The notes beneath the pieces were generated by a model. The model had not been told where the DNA came from, ran no database searches, and saw only the letters and a program-made list of their open reading frames with translations. 64,000 bases of DNA from Dyella sp. GSA-30 (GTDB lineage: Bacteria; Pseudomonadota; Gammaproteobacteria; Xanthomonadales; Rhodanobacteraceae): assembly GCF_027924605.1 (NCBI RefSeq), contig NZ_AP027042.1, forward strand, positions 409,524 through 473,523, read 5' to 3'. Both the position numbers and the translations under genes were made by a program. Numbering within the stretch: position 1 is the first letter of the stretch; each line of letters begins with the position of its first letter. Shown here piece by piece: positions 17,801-27,341 of the stretch.

Positions 17801-18806
17801 GCGTTGCCAGCTGATCGCTCGCGACAATGGCGCAGGGCTCAGCCGTGACCTGCAGCGGCTCGCCGAAGCGCTGCGCGAAACCGGCCATACCGCGGACATG
17901 CTGGGATTACCGCATCGTGGCCGCTTCGCCGAATGGCTGACGCGCCTGAAACTGAAAGGCAAAAAACCGGCTTTCGACGTCAACGTGATGCTCGAACGCA
18001 TCCGCCCCGAATTCATTCCTGCCGCCACATGCAACGTCGTCATACCCAACCCCGAATACTTCCGGCCGGAAGACCGTGCGGCGCTGGGCGCGATGGACGA
18101 GGTGTGGGTCAAGACGCGCCATGCCGCGCGCCTGTTCGATGCACTCGGTGCGAGGACACGCTTTATCGGCTTTGACAGCGAAGATCGCCTGCTGCCCGAT
18201 GCACCAAAAAAGCAGGCGTTCTTTCACGGCCCGGGCAGAAGCGGCAACAAGGGCACAGCAGCCTTGCTGCAGCTTTGGGCGCGTCATCCCGAATGGCCGA
18301 CGCTTACCGTGGTCTGGCGTCGCAAACGCGTGGACACCAGCGATATGCCGGCGAACGTCAGGCTGGTGCGCGAGCATCTGGACGATGAGGCCTATCGTCG
18401 GCTGCAGAACGAGCATCGCTTCCATTTATGTCCATCGCAGACCGAAGGCTATGGCCACTACATCGCCGAAGCGATGAGCTGTGGCGCCGTCGTGGTGACG
18501 CTGGATGCGGAGCCGATGAATGAGCTGGTGACCGATGAGCGTGGCGTGCTGGTTGCCGCGCATGCGGCGGGGGCACAGGATCTGGCGACGTTGTATGCGT
18601 TCGATGACGTGGCGATGGAGGCGGCGATCGAGCGGTGTCTTGGTATGGATGAGGTTGCGGTGGCTGCCTTGGGACAGGCTGCGCGGCGATGGTTCGAGGA
18701 GAATCGGGCTGGGTTTCCGGTGCGCTTGAATGAGGCGTTGTCCAAGCTCCAGAGCCCCCCTCACCCTAGCCCTCTCCCCCGGCAAAGCCAGGGGAGAGGG
18801 GACTGA
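17787..18806 (+). CDS. Glycosyltransferase group 1 (GT4-like)
   Basis: Overlaps upstream GT39 by 14 bp; C-terminal CPSQTEGYGHYIAEAMSCGAVVV (EX7E) motif; 3' end runs into REP-A element. Confidence 0.6.
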   Translation: MPSNKRCQLIARDNGAGLSRDLQRLAEALRETGHTADMLGLPHRGRFAEWLTRLKLKGKKPAFDVNVMLERIRPEFIPAATCNVVIPNPEYFRPEDRAALGAMDEVWVKTRHAARLFDALGARTRFIGFDSEDRLLPDAPKKQAFFHGPGRSGNKGTAALLQLWARHPEWPTLTVVWRRKRVDTSDMPANVRLVREHLDDEAYRRLQNEHRFHLCPSQTEGYGHYIAEAMSCGAVVVTLDAEPMNELVTDERGVLVAAHAAGAQDLATLYAFDDVAMEAAIERCLGMDEVAVAALGQAARRWFEENRAGFPVRLNEALSKLQSPPHPSPLPRQSQGRGD

Positions 18807-18884
18807 CTGAAGTAGCTTCAGAGTTTCGCGCTGTCGCTCCCTCTCCCCTGGCTCTGCTGGGGGAGAGGGCTGGGGTGAGGGGGG
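18755..18884. repeat. REP-A palindromic element (long)
   Basis: cccccctcaccctagccctctcccc ... ggggagagggctggggtgagggggg with inner arms; between convergent GT4 and GT2 genes. Confidence 0.8.
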
Positions 18885-18887
18885 CTT

Positions 18888-19715
18888 TTACGCCCCAAAC
18901 TCCCCAATGTGCCCATCCATCCCGCGCTCACAACGCGTAATCTTCTGCTCCACCGTTGCACGAAACAGCCGGTTGTTCGGCAGACTCATATCGTCCACAT
19001 CCGGCTGTGCACGCGACGGATGCTCCAGATGCAACGCCAGCGCGCCCCACTTCAACTGTCGCCGCTTTACCCCGGCATTGCCCAGGCGTGCGGCCAACTC
19101 GCGATCTTCCGCGCCGTAACCTTCCATGCGCTCGTCAAAGCCGTTGACGCGCAATAGATCCTCGCGCCAGAAACTCATATTGCAGCTCATCACGCGGCCG
19201 CCATTGCGACCACGCGCCTTCCAGCGCGCCAGCGCCGGCTGACGAAACGCATACAGACGCTTGATGCCATCGAAGACATGGAAATCCGCCGGCGTCCACG
19301 GCGCAAACACCGGCTTGCCGCCGCCGAGCAAACGCGCTGTTTCCCGTTCGGTAGTCTTGATCCGGCCGCCCTGCAGAAAATAGCCCGGCTCGGCCAGCAT
19401 CAGATGATCGGCGACAAAGTCGCGATGCAGCACCATGTCGCCATCGATCAGGATGATGTACTCGCCTTGCGAGGCGACGAATCCGCGATTGCGCGCCCGC
19501 GCCGCGCGAAAGCCCAGATCGTCTTGCCATACGTGACGTAGCGGCACGGGAAACGTCGCCGCAAACCCCGCGACGAGTTCCGCCGTTTCCGTGGTGGACC
19601 CGTCATCGGCGACGATGACTTCGCTCGGCAGCGTACGTTGCGCTGCAATGCTTTCCAGCACCCGTCGCAATGCCGCCGGCCAGTTATAGGTAAGTACGAC
19701 GAGACTGGTCTTCAT
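18888..19715 (-). CDS. Glycosyltransferase family 2
   Basis: MKTSLVVLTYNWPAALRRVLESIAAQ...VIVADDGS, DxD (IDGDM). Confidence 0.65.
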   Translation of the reverse strand: MKTSLVVLTYNWPAALRRVLESIAAQRTLPSEVIVADDGSTTETAELVAGFAATFPVPLRHVWQDDLGFRAARARNRGFVASQGEYIILIDGDMVLHRDFVADHLMLAEPGYFLQGGRIKTTERETARLLGGGKPVFAPWTPADFHVFDGIKRLYAFRQPALARWKARGRNGGRVMSCNMSFWREDLLRVNGFDERMEGYGAEDRELAARLGNAGVKRRQLKWGALALHLEHPSRAQPDVDDMSLPNNRLFRATVEQKITRCERGMDGHIGEFGA

Positions 19716-19721
19716 ACGCGG

Positions 19722-20639
19722 TTATTTTTGCTTGCTGCGTGCGCCGCGCGACAAAATCGCGATCGCTCGCTCCAGCCGCTTCCACCACACCGCGGGGCCA
19801 CGCAGTGCGATATCCGCATACATGCAGGCCTCCTTCCAGGTCGGCTGGCTGCGCGACTTGAACTCGTGCTTGACCAGGTCCAGGGCATGAATGTCCAGCT
19901 GCATGCGCTGCGCGTAGTAGTTGATCAGGCAGCGCGAGCGGAACTGGGCCAGGAATTCGCGTGCCTTCTTTTGATCGTGCCACCAGCCGTTGCGGCCGTG
20001 AATGCGGTAATCCACCTGCCCCGTCGGCAGAAAATATTTCTTCGCCCCCAGCACGCTGGCCCCAAACACCAGGCAGTTGTCGGCCGAGATACGCCACTGC
20101 GCGACAAACTCGGGCGGCAGGTCCAACACTCGCTCGGCCAGCCGGCGACGCAAGGCCAAGGCCGAGGTCGGTGCGCCATACCAGTGCGCGCGCACCCAGG
20201 TGCCCAGCACGGTGTAGCCAAGATCGGTGGCCCGTTCGGCGTAACCTTGCCGGCCGGATTCGTTGCCGATCAGTTGGACGTCGGAGAAGACGAAATCGAT
20301 ATCGTTGCGTGCGTCGAAAACCTCGCCGACCTGGCGCAGGTAATCCGGCCCCCAGCGATCGTCCGCATCGAGAAAGCACACGATGTCGCCCTTCGCCTTG
20401 GCCAACCCACGCTGGAAGGCGGTGAGCTGGCCGCCGTTCGGCCCAACCACCAGATTTACTCGCGCATCGTCGCCATAGTGCGCCTGCAGCAGGTCCACCG
20501 ACTCGTCGGTGGAACCGTCATCCACGACGATCACTTCCAGCGGCGCGCGACTCTGCGCCAGCGCACCGTCGACCGCTTCGAGTACGAACTCGCGATAGTT
20601 GTAGTTGGTGACGACGACGGAGAACGTCAGCGCGGCCAT
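19722..20639 (-). CDS. Glycosyltransferase family 2
   Basis: True start MAALTFSVVVTNYNYREFVLEAVD (ATG 20639) abutting UXS stop; DDGSTD, DADD motifs. Confidence 0.65.
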   Translation of the reverse strand: MAALTFSVVVTNYNYREFVLEAVDGALAQSRAPLEVIVVDDGSTDESVDLLQAHYGDDARVNLVVGPNGGQLTAFQRGLAKAKGDIVCFLDADDRWGPDYLRQVGEVFDARNDIDFVFSDVQLIGNESGRQGYAERATDLGYTVLGTWVRAHWYGAPTSALALRRRLAERVLDLPPEFVAQWRISADNCLVFGASVLGAKKYFLPTGQVDYRIHGRNGWWHDQKKAREFLAQFRSRCLINYYAQRMQLDIHALDLVKHEFKSRSQPTWKEACMYADIALRGPAVWWKRLERAIAILSRGARSKQK

Positions 20640-20640
20640 G

Positions 20641-21579
20641 TTACTGGCCCAGCAATTGGCGGAAATAATTGATCGTTTCGCGCAGGCCGTCGTCGATATG
20701 CACCTTCGGTTCCCAGCCGAGCTTTTCCTTGGCCAGGGAAATATCCGGCTGGCGCTGGCGCGGATCATCCGACGGCAGCGGCTTGAAGATCAGCTTGGAC
20801 TTGCCGCCGACCATCGCGATGACTTTTTCCGCCAGCTCGCGGATGGTGTGCTCGTGCGGATTGCCGATATTCACCGGGCCGACGAAATCGGGGCCCGTTT
20901 CCATCGTGCGAACCATTGCCTCGATCAGGTCGTCGACATAGCAGAAGCTGCGCGTCTGCTGGCCATCGCCGTAGATGGTGATGTCCTCGCCCTTGAGCGC
21001 CTGCACGATGAAGTTGCTCACCACGCGGCCGTCGTTGGGATGCATGCGCGGGCCGTAGGTGTTGAAGATACGCACCACCTTGATCTCCAGCGCATGCTGG
21101 CGGTGATAATCGAAGAACAGCGTTTCGGCGCAGCGCTTGCCTTCGTCGTAGCAGCTGCGGATGCCGATCGGATTGACCCGGCCCCAGTATTCTTCGCGCT
21201 GCGGGTGCACTTCCGGGTCGCCATAGACTTCGCTGGTCGACGCCTGAAGAATCCGCGCGCGCAGCCGCTTGGCCAGACCCAGCATGTTGATTGCGCCGTG
21301 CACGCTGGTCTTGGTGGTCTGCACCGGGTCGTGCTGGTAGTGCACCGGCGAGGCCGGGCAGGCCAGGTTGAAGATGCGGTCCACTTCCACATAGAGCGGA
21401 AAGGTGACGTCGTGGCGCATCAGCTCGAAGTAGCGATGGTCGAGCAGATGAACGATGTTCTGCTTGCTGCCCGTATAGAAATTGTCCAGGCACAGGACAT
21501 CATGGCCATCGCGGATCAGTCGATCGCACAGATGCGATCCGAGAAAACCCGCACCACCGGTCACCAACACTCTGCTCAT
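20641..21579 (-). CDS. UDP-glucuronate decarboxylase (UDP-xylose synthase-type SDR)
   Basis: [17 protein letters not shown], Yxxx[17 protein letters not shown]; 312 aa. Confidence 0.8.
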   Translation of the reverse strand: MSRVLVTGGAGFLGSHLCDRLIRDGHDVLCLDNFYTGSKQNIVHLLDHRYFELMRHDVTFPLYVEVDRIFNLACPASPVHYQHDPVQTTKTSVHGAINMLGLAKRLRARILQASTSEVYGDPEVHPQREEYWGRVNPIGIRSCYDEGKRCAETLFFDYHRQHALEIKVVRIFNTYGPRMHPNDGRVVSNFIVQALKGEDITIYGDGQQTRSFCYVDDLIEAMVRTMETGPDFVGPVNIGNPHEHTIRELAEKVIAMVGGKSKLIFKPLPSDDPRQRQPDISLAKEKLGWEPKVHIDDGLRETINYFRQLLGQ

Positions 21580-21627
21580 TCACCGTCCCCGTCGCCGCGC
21601 ATCAGGCGCAGCGGGTTGTCGTTAGGT

Positions 21628-22962
21628 TCAACGGTGAATGATATCCGCCCTGCCTTCAGCGCGCTTGCGTAGCTCCAGGGCGATGGCCAGGGAGAACGGC
21701 AGCCAGACCAGGATCCAGCCTGGACGCGGACTATCGAGCAGCTGCGGCATATCGAGCTGCAGCACCACCGACGCGTAGATCCACAGGCCCAGCAGAATGC
21801 GCCCGCGCATCGTGTGCCGGAAGCGCCAGCCCTGCCAGCCGACCATCAACCACATCGCCACCGTCAGCAGCAGTCCGGGCAAGCCCAGCTCCAGCGTCAC
21901 CTGGGTCAGCAAATTATGGCTGTGCGTATACGCCAGCCCGGCGACCCACAGCGTGATCGGCGTCCCTTGGCCCAGACCCAGCCAGGGCCGCTGTGCAATC
22001 TGTTGCAACGACGCTTCCAGCAGCTGCGGACGCAGCGACATGCCGCGCTCGGTCAGCAGATGCAAGGGCGCCGCGATGGCCAGCACGACCAGCAGGCCGG
22101 CCATGACCATCAACCACCGGCGCAGTCGCAGCGACTGCCAAAGCGGCGCCAGCACGACACAGATGCCCAGCGCCAGCCATACGCCTCGCGTATGCGTCAG
22201 ACCGACAAAGGCCAGCAGCAGCGCGATCGCCACCCAGCGCAGGATCGACAGATGACGCGTACGCAGACGCAGCTGGGTCATCCAGATCGATACCGCACCC
22301 ATCAAGGCGGCGGCGTAGTTGGTCGCGGCAATCGTGCCCTCGCCGGCAATGCGGTCGGACGAATCGGGTTGCAGCAGAAAAAGCACGCAATAAAAACCGG
22401 CGCATAGCGCCACGCCGATGCCGCCGATGAACAGCAGCATGCTTACGTAGTCCTCGGTATCGGAATCCCACAACTGCCAGGCCAGCACAAAGGTCATGAC
22501 GCTGAGCAGACGCCCAAACTCGTCCCCCACATGCCTTAAGTGAGCCCAGGCCAACGACAACGTGGCCCAGGCCAGCATCACCAGGAACAGGCGAAACAGG
22601 GGCAGCGGCCATAGTTCGCGCCAAAGGCGGCCGCGCTGGGTGCAGGCCAGGCACAACGCCGGGAGATACATCAGCAGGATCAGGCTGCCCTGATAGATCT
22701 TGCCGGGGTTGAACGAAGCACCCGCCGGCATGACCACCATGCCAAGCAGCATCCACAGGATGCCCAGGCCCAGGAGGTAACGCCAGCTCTCACGCTGAGT
22801 TACAGCGGCCCGCCAGGACGCGAGCACCGAGGAACCACGCGAGGCCTCCAGACCGGCCCGCGCTTCCATCAACTCGCGCTGGCTTCCTTGCGGCGAAAGG
22901 ACTTGCTCGCTCATTCCTGCAGACATTCCTGGCACCGGACCCCTGGCCGTTAAGTATCTCAT
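21628..22962 (-). CDS. O-antigen ligase family protein (WaaL/Wzy_C-like)
   Basis: Polytopic, ~12 TM with large periplasmic loop; start may be internal (MSEQ.../MEARAG...). Confidence 0.55.
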   Translation of the reverse strand: MRYLTARGPVPGMSAGMSEQVLSPQGSQRELMEARAGLEASRGSSVLASWRAAVTQRESWRYLLGLGILWMLLGMVVMPAGASFNPGKIYQGSLILLMYLPALCLACTQRGRLWRELWPLPLFRLFLVMLAWATLSLAWAHLRHVGDEFGRLLSVMTFVLAWQLWDSDTEDYVSMLLFIGGIGVALCAGFYCVLFLLQPDSSDRIAGEGTIAATNYAAALMGAVSIWMTQLRLRTRHLSILRWVAIALLLAFVGLTHTRGVWLALGICVVLAPLWQSLRLRRWLMVMAGLLVVLAIAAPLHLLTERGMSLRPQLLEASLQQIAQRPWLGLGQGTPITLWVAGLAYTHSHNLLTQVTLELGLPGLLLTVAMWLMVGWQGWRFRHTMRGRILLGLWIYASVVLQLDMPQLLDSPRPGWILVWLPFSLAIALELRKRAEGRADIIHR

Positions 22963-23089
22963 TCAAGACGGTTAATTCGCAGCGAATACTGCGCGAGGAG
23001 ACCTGAAAATCAGCCGACCGCGAAATCTTGCCATGCCGATTTAACGCACCAAATCACAAATTGGGTGACCTGCGGCTAGAATTCACGCC

Positions 23090-23905
23090 ATGCCGAAGCT
23101 CCCGCTCACCCTCGTCGTCATTACCCACAACGAGGCAGAAAACATTGCCCGCTGCCTGGATAGCGTGCCATTTGCGGCCGAGAAACTCATTGTCGACAGC
23201 GGTAGCGAGGACGATACGGTCGCCGTCGCCCAGGCCCATGGCGCCCGGGTGGTGCATCAGGACTGGCTGGGATTCGGCCCCCAGCGCAACGCAGCGGCCA
23301 CCCATAGCACTCACGACTGGATCCTCGCACTGGACGCCGACGAGTACCTTTCGCCGGAGCTGGCCGCCGAGCTGGCCGCGCAGCTACCCGGGATCATGGC
23401 CGGCGACAGCCCGGCCGTGGTCCTGCGCCGCAGCACCATCTACATGGGCCGGCCGATGCGCTGGTATCGCCCGGCCATGGGCGAAAAGATGGCACGGATC
23501 TACCACCGCGACCGCGCGCGCTGGGCTGATGTACGGGTGCACGAATCGCTGCGCTACGAAGGCCAGGCCCCGGTCATGCAGGCGCCGTTCAATCACGCCA
23601 ACAATCCGACCCTGGTGCACAAGCAGCTCAAGGTGCTGCGCTACTCGGAGCTCAAATGCCTGGACTGGCTGGACAAGGGCAAACCCGTGCGCATGTGGCA
23701 GGCGCCGTTTGTTTTCTTCCTGGCCTTTATCAAGGACTATCTGCTCCGACTGGCCTTTCTCGATGGTTGGCGCGGTTTCATGATCGCGCAGACCGCCGCC
23801 AGCTATGCGCTTTATAAACGCATGCGCTACTACGAAATGCGGCATAACCCGGACTCCGTGCGCATGGCCAAGGCCGCCCTCACCCGCCACAAGATCGACC
23901 GCTGA
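23090..23905 (+). CDS. Glycosyltransferase family 2 (LPS core WaaE/KdtX-like)
   Basis: MPKLPLTLVVITHNEAENIARCLDSV, LALDADE motif. Confidence 0.7.
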   Translation: MPKLPLTLVVITHNEAENIARCLDSVPFAAEKLIVDSGSEDDTVAVAQAHGARVVHQDWLGFGPQRNAAATHSTHDWILALDADEYLSPELAAELAAQLPGIMAGDSPAVVLRRSTIYMGRPMRWYRPAMGEKMARIYHRDRARWADVRVHESLRYEGQAPVMQAPFNHANNPTLVHKQLKVLRYSELKCLDWLDKGKPVRMWQAPFVFFLAFIKDYLLRLAFLDGWRGFMIAQTAASYALYKRMRYYEMRHNPDSVRMAKAALTRHKIDR

Positions 23906-24948
23906 TGCCGGACTCCCAAAAAAAGCACTACTTGCTGTACGGCTCGGAGCGCTACGCGCTGGCGATCCTGCGCCCGATCCAGGAAGCGATCCGCGCACGC
24001 GGACACGAGGCTGCCTGGTTCTTCGACGGCCCGGGCGCCGAGGACCTGGTCGAGGGCGAGCGCCTGCTGACTGTGCAAGAGGTCCGCGCGTGGAGGCCGA
24101 TCGCCTGCATCACCTCGTCCAACCATCTGCCGCACTTTTTCCCGGGCGTGAAGGTGGAAACCTTTCATGGCTTCGATGCCGGCAAGCCGCGACATATCTA
24201 TATCCGTGGCTTTTTCGACCTGTACTGCACGACCGGCCCGCGCGACACCGCGCAGTTTCAGGCACTGGCCGACAAGCTCGGCCATTTCAGCGTGATCGAG
24301 ACCGGCTGGCCCAAGATCGACCCTTTCATGAAAGAGATCGCCGGTGCCTTGCCGCCCGTGCGCCGGCCCCCGGTGATTCTCTATCACTCCACTTTTTCGC
24401 CGTCGTGGAGCGCCGCGGAAATCCTATATGACGAGGTCAAGCGCCTTTCGCGCGATGGCCTCTGGCGCTGGATCGTCACCTTCCATCCGAAGATGAACCC
24501 CGAAACCCGGGCGCGCTACAAGGCACTGCAGAACGAATACCTTCAGTTTGCCGAGAACGACAACATCCTCGAACTGTTCCCGCAGGTCGACATGATGTGC
24601 TCCGATACGTCCTCGGCGCTGAGCGAATTCCTGTTGACCGGCAAACCGGTGGTCACCTTCAAGAATCGCCGCCCCGGCCCGCAGTTGATCGATATCGACG
24701 ATCCCGCGCAGTTCGAGCCGGCGATCGAGCGCGCGCTGGCACGTCCGCCGGAACTGATGCAGGCCATCGCCGATTTCGCCAACGCGATCCATCCCTACCG
24801 CGACGGGCATTCGAGCGAACGGGTGCTCGATGCCATCGATACGTTCATTGCCCGCGGCGGGCGCAATCGCCGGCGCAAGCCGGGGAACTGGTGGCGCAAG
24901 CTCAAATTGCGGCGCCGGATCGGGTATTGGGGACGCGCGGGCTATTGA
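23905..24948 (+). CDS. Putative CDP-glycerol glycerophosphotransferase-family (TagB/TagF-like) protein
   Basis: ATGA overlap with upstream GT2; His/Trp-rich catalytic region (HGFDAGKP...ETGWPKIDPF) reminiscent of Glyphos_transf; assignment from memory of family pattern only. Confidence 0.35.
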   Translation: MPDSQKKHYLLYGSERYALAILRPIQEAIRARGHEAAWFFDGPGAEDLVEGERLLTVQEVRAWRPIACITSSNHLPHFFPGVKVETFHGFDAGKPRHIYIRGFFDLYCTTGPRDTAQFQALADKLGHFSVIETGWPKIDPFMKEIAGALPPVRRPPVILYHSTFSPSWSAAEILYDEVKRLSRDGLWRWIVTFHPKMNPETRARYKALQNEYLQFAENDNILELFPQVDMMCSDTSSALSEFLLTGKPVVTFKNRRPGPQLIDIDDPAQFEPAIERALARPPELMQAIADFANAIHPYRDGHSSERVLDAIDTFIARGGRNRRRKPGNWWRKLKLRRRIGYWGRAGY

Positions 24949-25109
24949 AGGCCCGGTCACCCCAACCCGAACCCCACCCAAACAAAAAGCGCGCAAACAC
25001 GCGCTAACTCACTGATCCCTTCACTCAACCTGCACGCTTCATCGCGCGTTGCAGGTATAACCCTCTCCGCTAGGGTTAAAATCCCGTCATCTCCAGGAAG
25101 AGTCTTACC

Positions 25110-26837
25110 GTGTCATCAAGCGCCTACAGTCGTACCGAACACCTGCGGGCCCTATGGCCCTGGCTGCCGCTATGGATTGTTATCGCGCTCATTGCCATGT
25201 TTTCACATGGCCCGATGCCGCTCTACTCCACCCGTACGCTGGCCGTCGCCTGGGAAATGTGGAACCAGCACCACTGGCTGGTGCCGCATATCAATGGCGC
25301 CCCGTACAGCGAGAAAGTGCCGCTGCTGTTCTGGATGATCCACGCCGGCTGGTTCGTGTTCGGCGTCAATGACGTATGGCCGCGTGTGCTCGAAGTGGCC
25401 TTCGGCGCGATCGAACTGATGCTGCTGGCCACGATGGCCCGCCGCCTGTTCCCGAACCGCGCCTGGGTGGCCAAGGCCGCGCCGTGGATGCTGATGGCGC
25501 TGAGCTACGCCTTCCTGTTCGGCCTGCAGATCATGTACGACGTGCTGCTTGCCGTATGGGCCTTGGCCGCACTGCTTTGCCTCACGCCCAAGGGCACACG
25601 ACAGGAGCCGCGCTGGCTGCTGTTCGGCCTGTGCATCGGCCTGGGGCTGCTCACCAAGGGCCCGGTGATGCTGGTGCATGTCGTGTTCCCGTGGCTGCTC
25701 GGCCCGCTGTGGAGTACCTGGGCGAACGAAAACCGTAGCCGCTGGTATGGCCGTGGCGTGCTGTCGATTCTGCTTGGCGGCGTGATTCTGCTCGCCTGGG
25801 CGTTACCGGCCGGCTTCAGCGGCGGCGATGCCTATCGCCAGAGGCTGTTCTTTACCCAGACCGCCGGCCGCGTGGTCAACGGCCTGCAGCATGCCGAGCC
25901 GCTGCAGAGTCATGCGCGACCGGTGTGGTGGTATCTGCAGTGGATTCCGGTATTGATGTTCCCGCTCGCCGCATGGCCGCGTGCACTGGTTGCCCTGGGC
26001 GCGTTGCGCAAGCCACTGGAGCCGGGCCTGCGTTTCGCGCTGTGCTGGCTGATCCCGACCTTCATCGTGTTCTCGCTGATCAGCGGCAAGCAGTTGTACT
26101 ACCCGCTGCCCGAGCTGGCCTGCGGCGCCCTGCTGCTTGCCGGCGCGATCGCCGTGCTGCGTGAAAAACATCCCGCACTGGCCACCAACGCCTGGCTGGG
26201 CACCTGGATTCTCGGCGTCGGCGGCCTGCTGCTGGCGGTGTTCCTGTTCGTGCTGCCCAACCTGGTCGCCAGCGATCGTCTGCATGGCGAGTGGTTCGAT
26301 GGCGCCGCATCGCATAGCCGCGTCTTCAGCGTGGCCTTTGTGCTGCTTGGCGCCTTGCTGCTGCTTCGCGGTCGAGGCGAAACCCGTCGCCTCGCGGTCG
26401 CCGGCCTGATCGGCACGCTCGCGCTCAATTCGCTGTTTACGCTGACGCTGTGGCACAAGTACGACCTGCGCCCCGTGGCGCATCTGCTGGCGGCGGCCGA
26501 TGCCGAGCATCGCGCCATCGCCTACGTCGGCAATTACGAAGGCCAGTTCCACTTCGAAGGTCGCCTGACCCAGCCCGTCCAGGAGCTGAAGGACGACACC
26601 GAAATACAGGCCTTTGCCACAGCCCATCCCGACGGCTTGATCGTCGTGCCGGTGGGCACGTTGAGCAGCAACGACCTGCGTTACCCGCTGCTGGTCCAGC
26701 CGTTCCGCTCGTCATGGCTGGTCACCTGGCCGGCCACGTCGCTGGCCGCGTTGCGTGCGGGCCATGCACCGACAGAGCCCAGCCAGCCGACCCAGGTCTA
26801 CCAGGTCAACGATTGGCGCAACCGCACCCTGCCGTGA
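25110..26837 (+). CDS. Glycosyltransferase family 39 (second ArnT/PMT_2-like)
   Basis: GTG start; 575 aa polytopic; YSEKVPLLFWM motif; paralogous to 16064-17800. Confidence 0.65.
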   Translation: MSSSAYSRTEHLRALWPWLPLWIVIALIAMFSHGPMPLYSTRTLAVAWEMWNQHHWLVPHINGAPYSEKVPLLFWMIHAGWFVFGVNDVWPRVLEVAFGAIELMLLATMARRLFPNRAWVAKAAPWMLMALSYAFLFGLQIMYDVLLAVWALAALLCLTPKGTRQEPRWLLFGLCIGLGLLTKGPVMLVHVVFPWLLGPLWSTWANENRSRWYGRGVLSILLGGVILLAWALPAGFSGGDAYRQRLFFTQTAGRVVNGLQHAEPLQSHARPVWWYLQWIPVLMFPLAAWPRALVALGALRKPLEPGLRFALCWLIPTFIVFSLISGKQLYYPLPELACGALLLAGAIAVLREKHPALATNAWLGTWILGVGGLLLAVFLFVLPNLVASDRLHGEWFDGAASHSRVFSVAFVLLGALLLLRGRGETRRLAVAGLIGTLALNSLFTLTLWHKYDLRPVAHLLAAADAEHRAIAYVGNYEGQFHFEGRLTQPVQELKDDTEIQAFATAHPDGLIVVPVGTLSSNDLRYPLLVQPFRSSWLVTWPATSLAALRAGHAPTEPSQPTQVYQVNDWRNRTLP

Positions 26838-27160
26838 ACGACACCCTGATCGCCAACCTGCGCACGCAGTGCGGCGGCCCGCGCGACGGTGCGCTACTGC
26901 GGTTTGCCTTGGGCAATGCGTTGTTGACCGCGGGCGATGCGGCGACGGCTGCCGAGGAACTGCACCGCGCCGTCGAGTTCGACGCCGGGTATACGGCTGC
27001 GTGGAAATTGCTTGGGAAGGCGGCGGCGGCGTTGGGTGATGCGGCCACTGCGGCAGACGCGTGGAAGCGAGGGATCGAGGCGGCGCAGAAGCACGGCGAC
27101 AAGCAGGCCGAGAAGGAAATGACGGTGTTTCTGCGACGGCTGGATAAGCCGCAAGCCTGA
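26834..27160 (+). CDS. Small TPR-like helical protein
   Basis: GTG start overlapping GT39 stop (GTGA); 108 aa Ala-rich helical hairpins (AWKLLGKAAAALGD...AWKRGIEAAQKHGD). Confidence 0.35.
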   Translation: MNDTLIANLRTQCGGPRDGALLRFALGNALLTAGDAATAAEELHRAVEFDAGYTAAWKLLGKAAAALGDAATAADAWKRGIEAAQKHGDKQAEKEMTVFLRRLDKPQA

Positions 27161-27180
27161 CGTGCGCGCCCTCCCCTAAC

Positions 27181-27313
27181 TCGTCATTCCGGCGCAGGCC
27201 GGAACCCAGTGGGCTCAGTAATCGGTTTTCGCCGCTTCGTACAAAAAGCGTTTCGTGTGTCGCGATAAGCGATGCGCATCGCCACTAGATTCCGGCCTTC
27301 GCCGGAATGACGG
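27181..27313. mobile_element. MITE-B: second copy (~133 bp)
   Basis: tcgtcattccggcgcaggccggaac ... gattccggccttcgccggaatgacgg; same TIRs as 15842-15951, different internal sequence. Confidence 0.7.
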
Positions 27314-27341
27314 GTAGGAAGGGTGTCGGTCGTAGTGGTGG

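Noticed and set aside
18755-18884. REP-A elements translated as protein (e.g. ...PSPLPRQSQGRGD, ...LTPTLSPGEARGEG)
   Set aside because: Same peptide-like strings arise at every copy in either orientation because the DNA is palindromic; they are extensions artefacts of adjacent ORFs.
21814-22756. Overlapping 197-aa (+) and 280-aa (-) ORFs inside the O-antigen ligase gene
   Set aside because: Alternative frames of the polytopic membrane gene; translations are Arg/Gln/His-rich nonsense.
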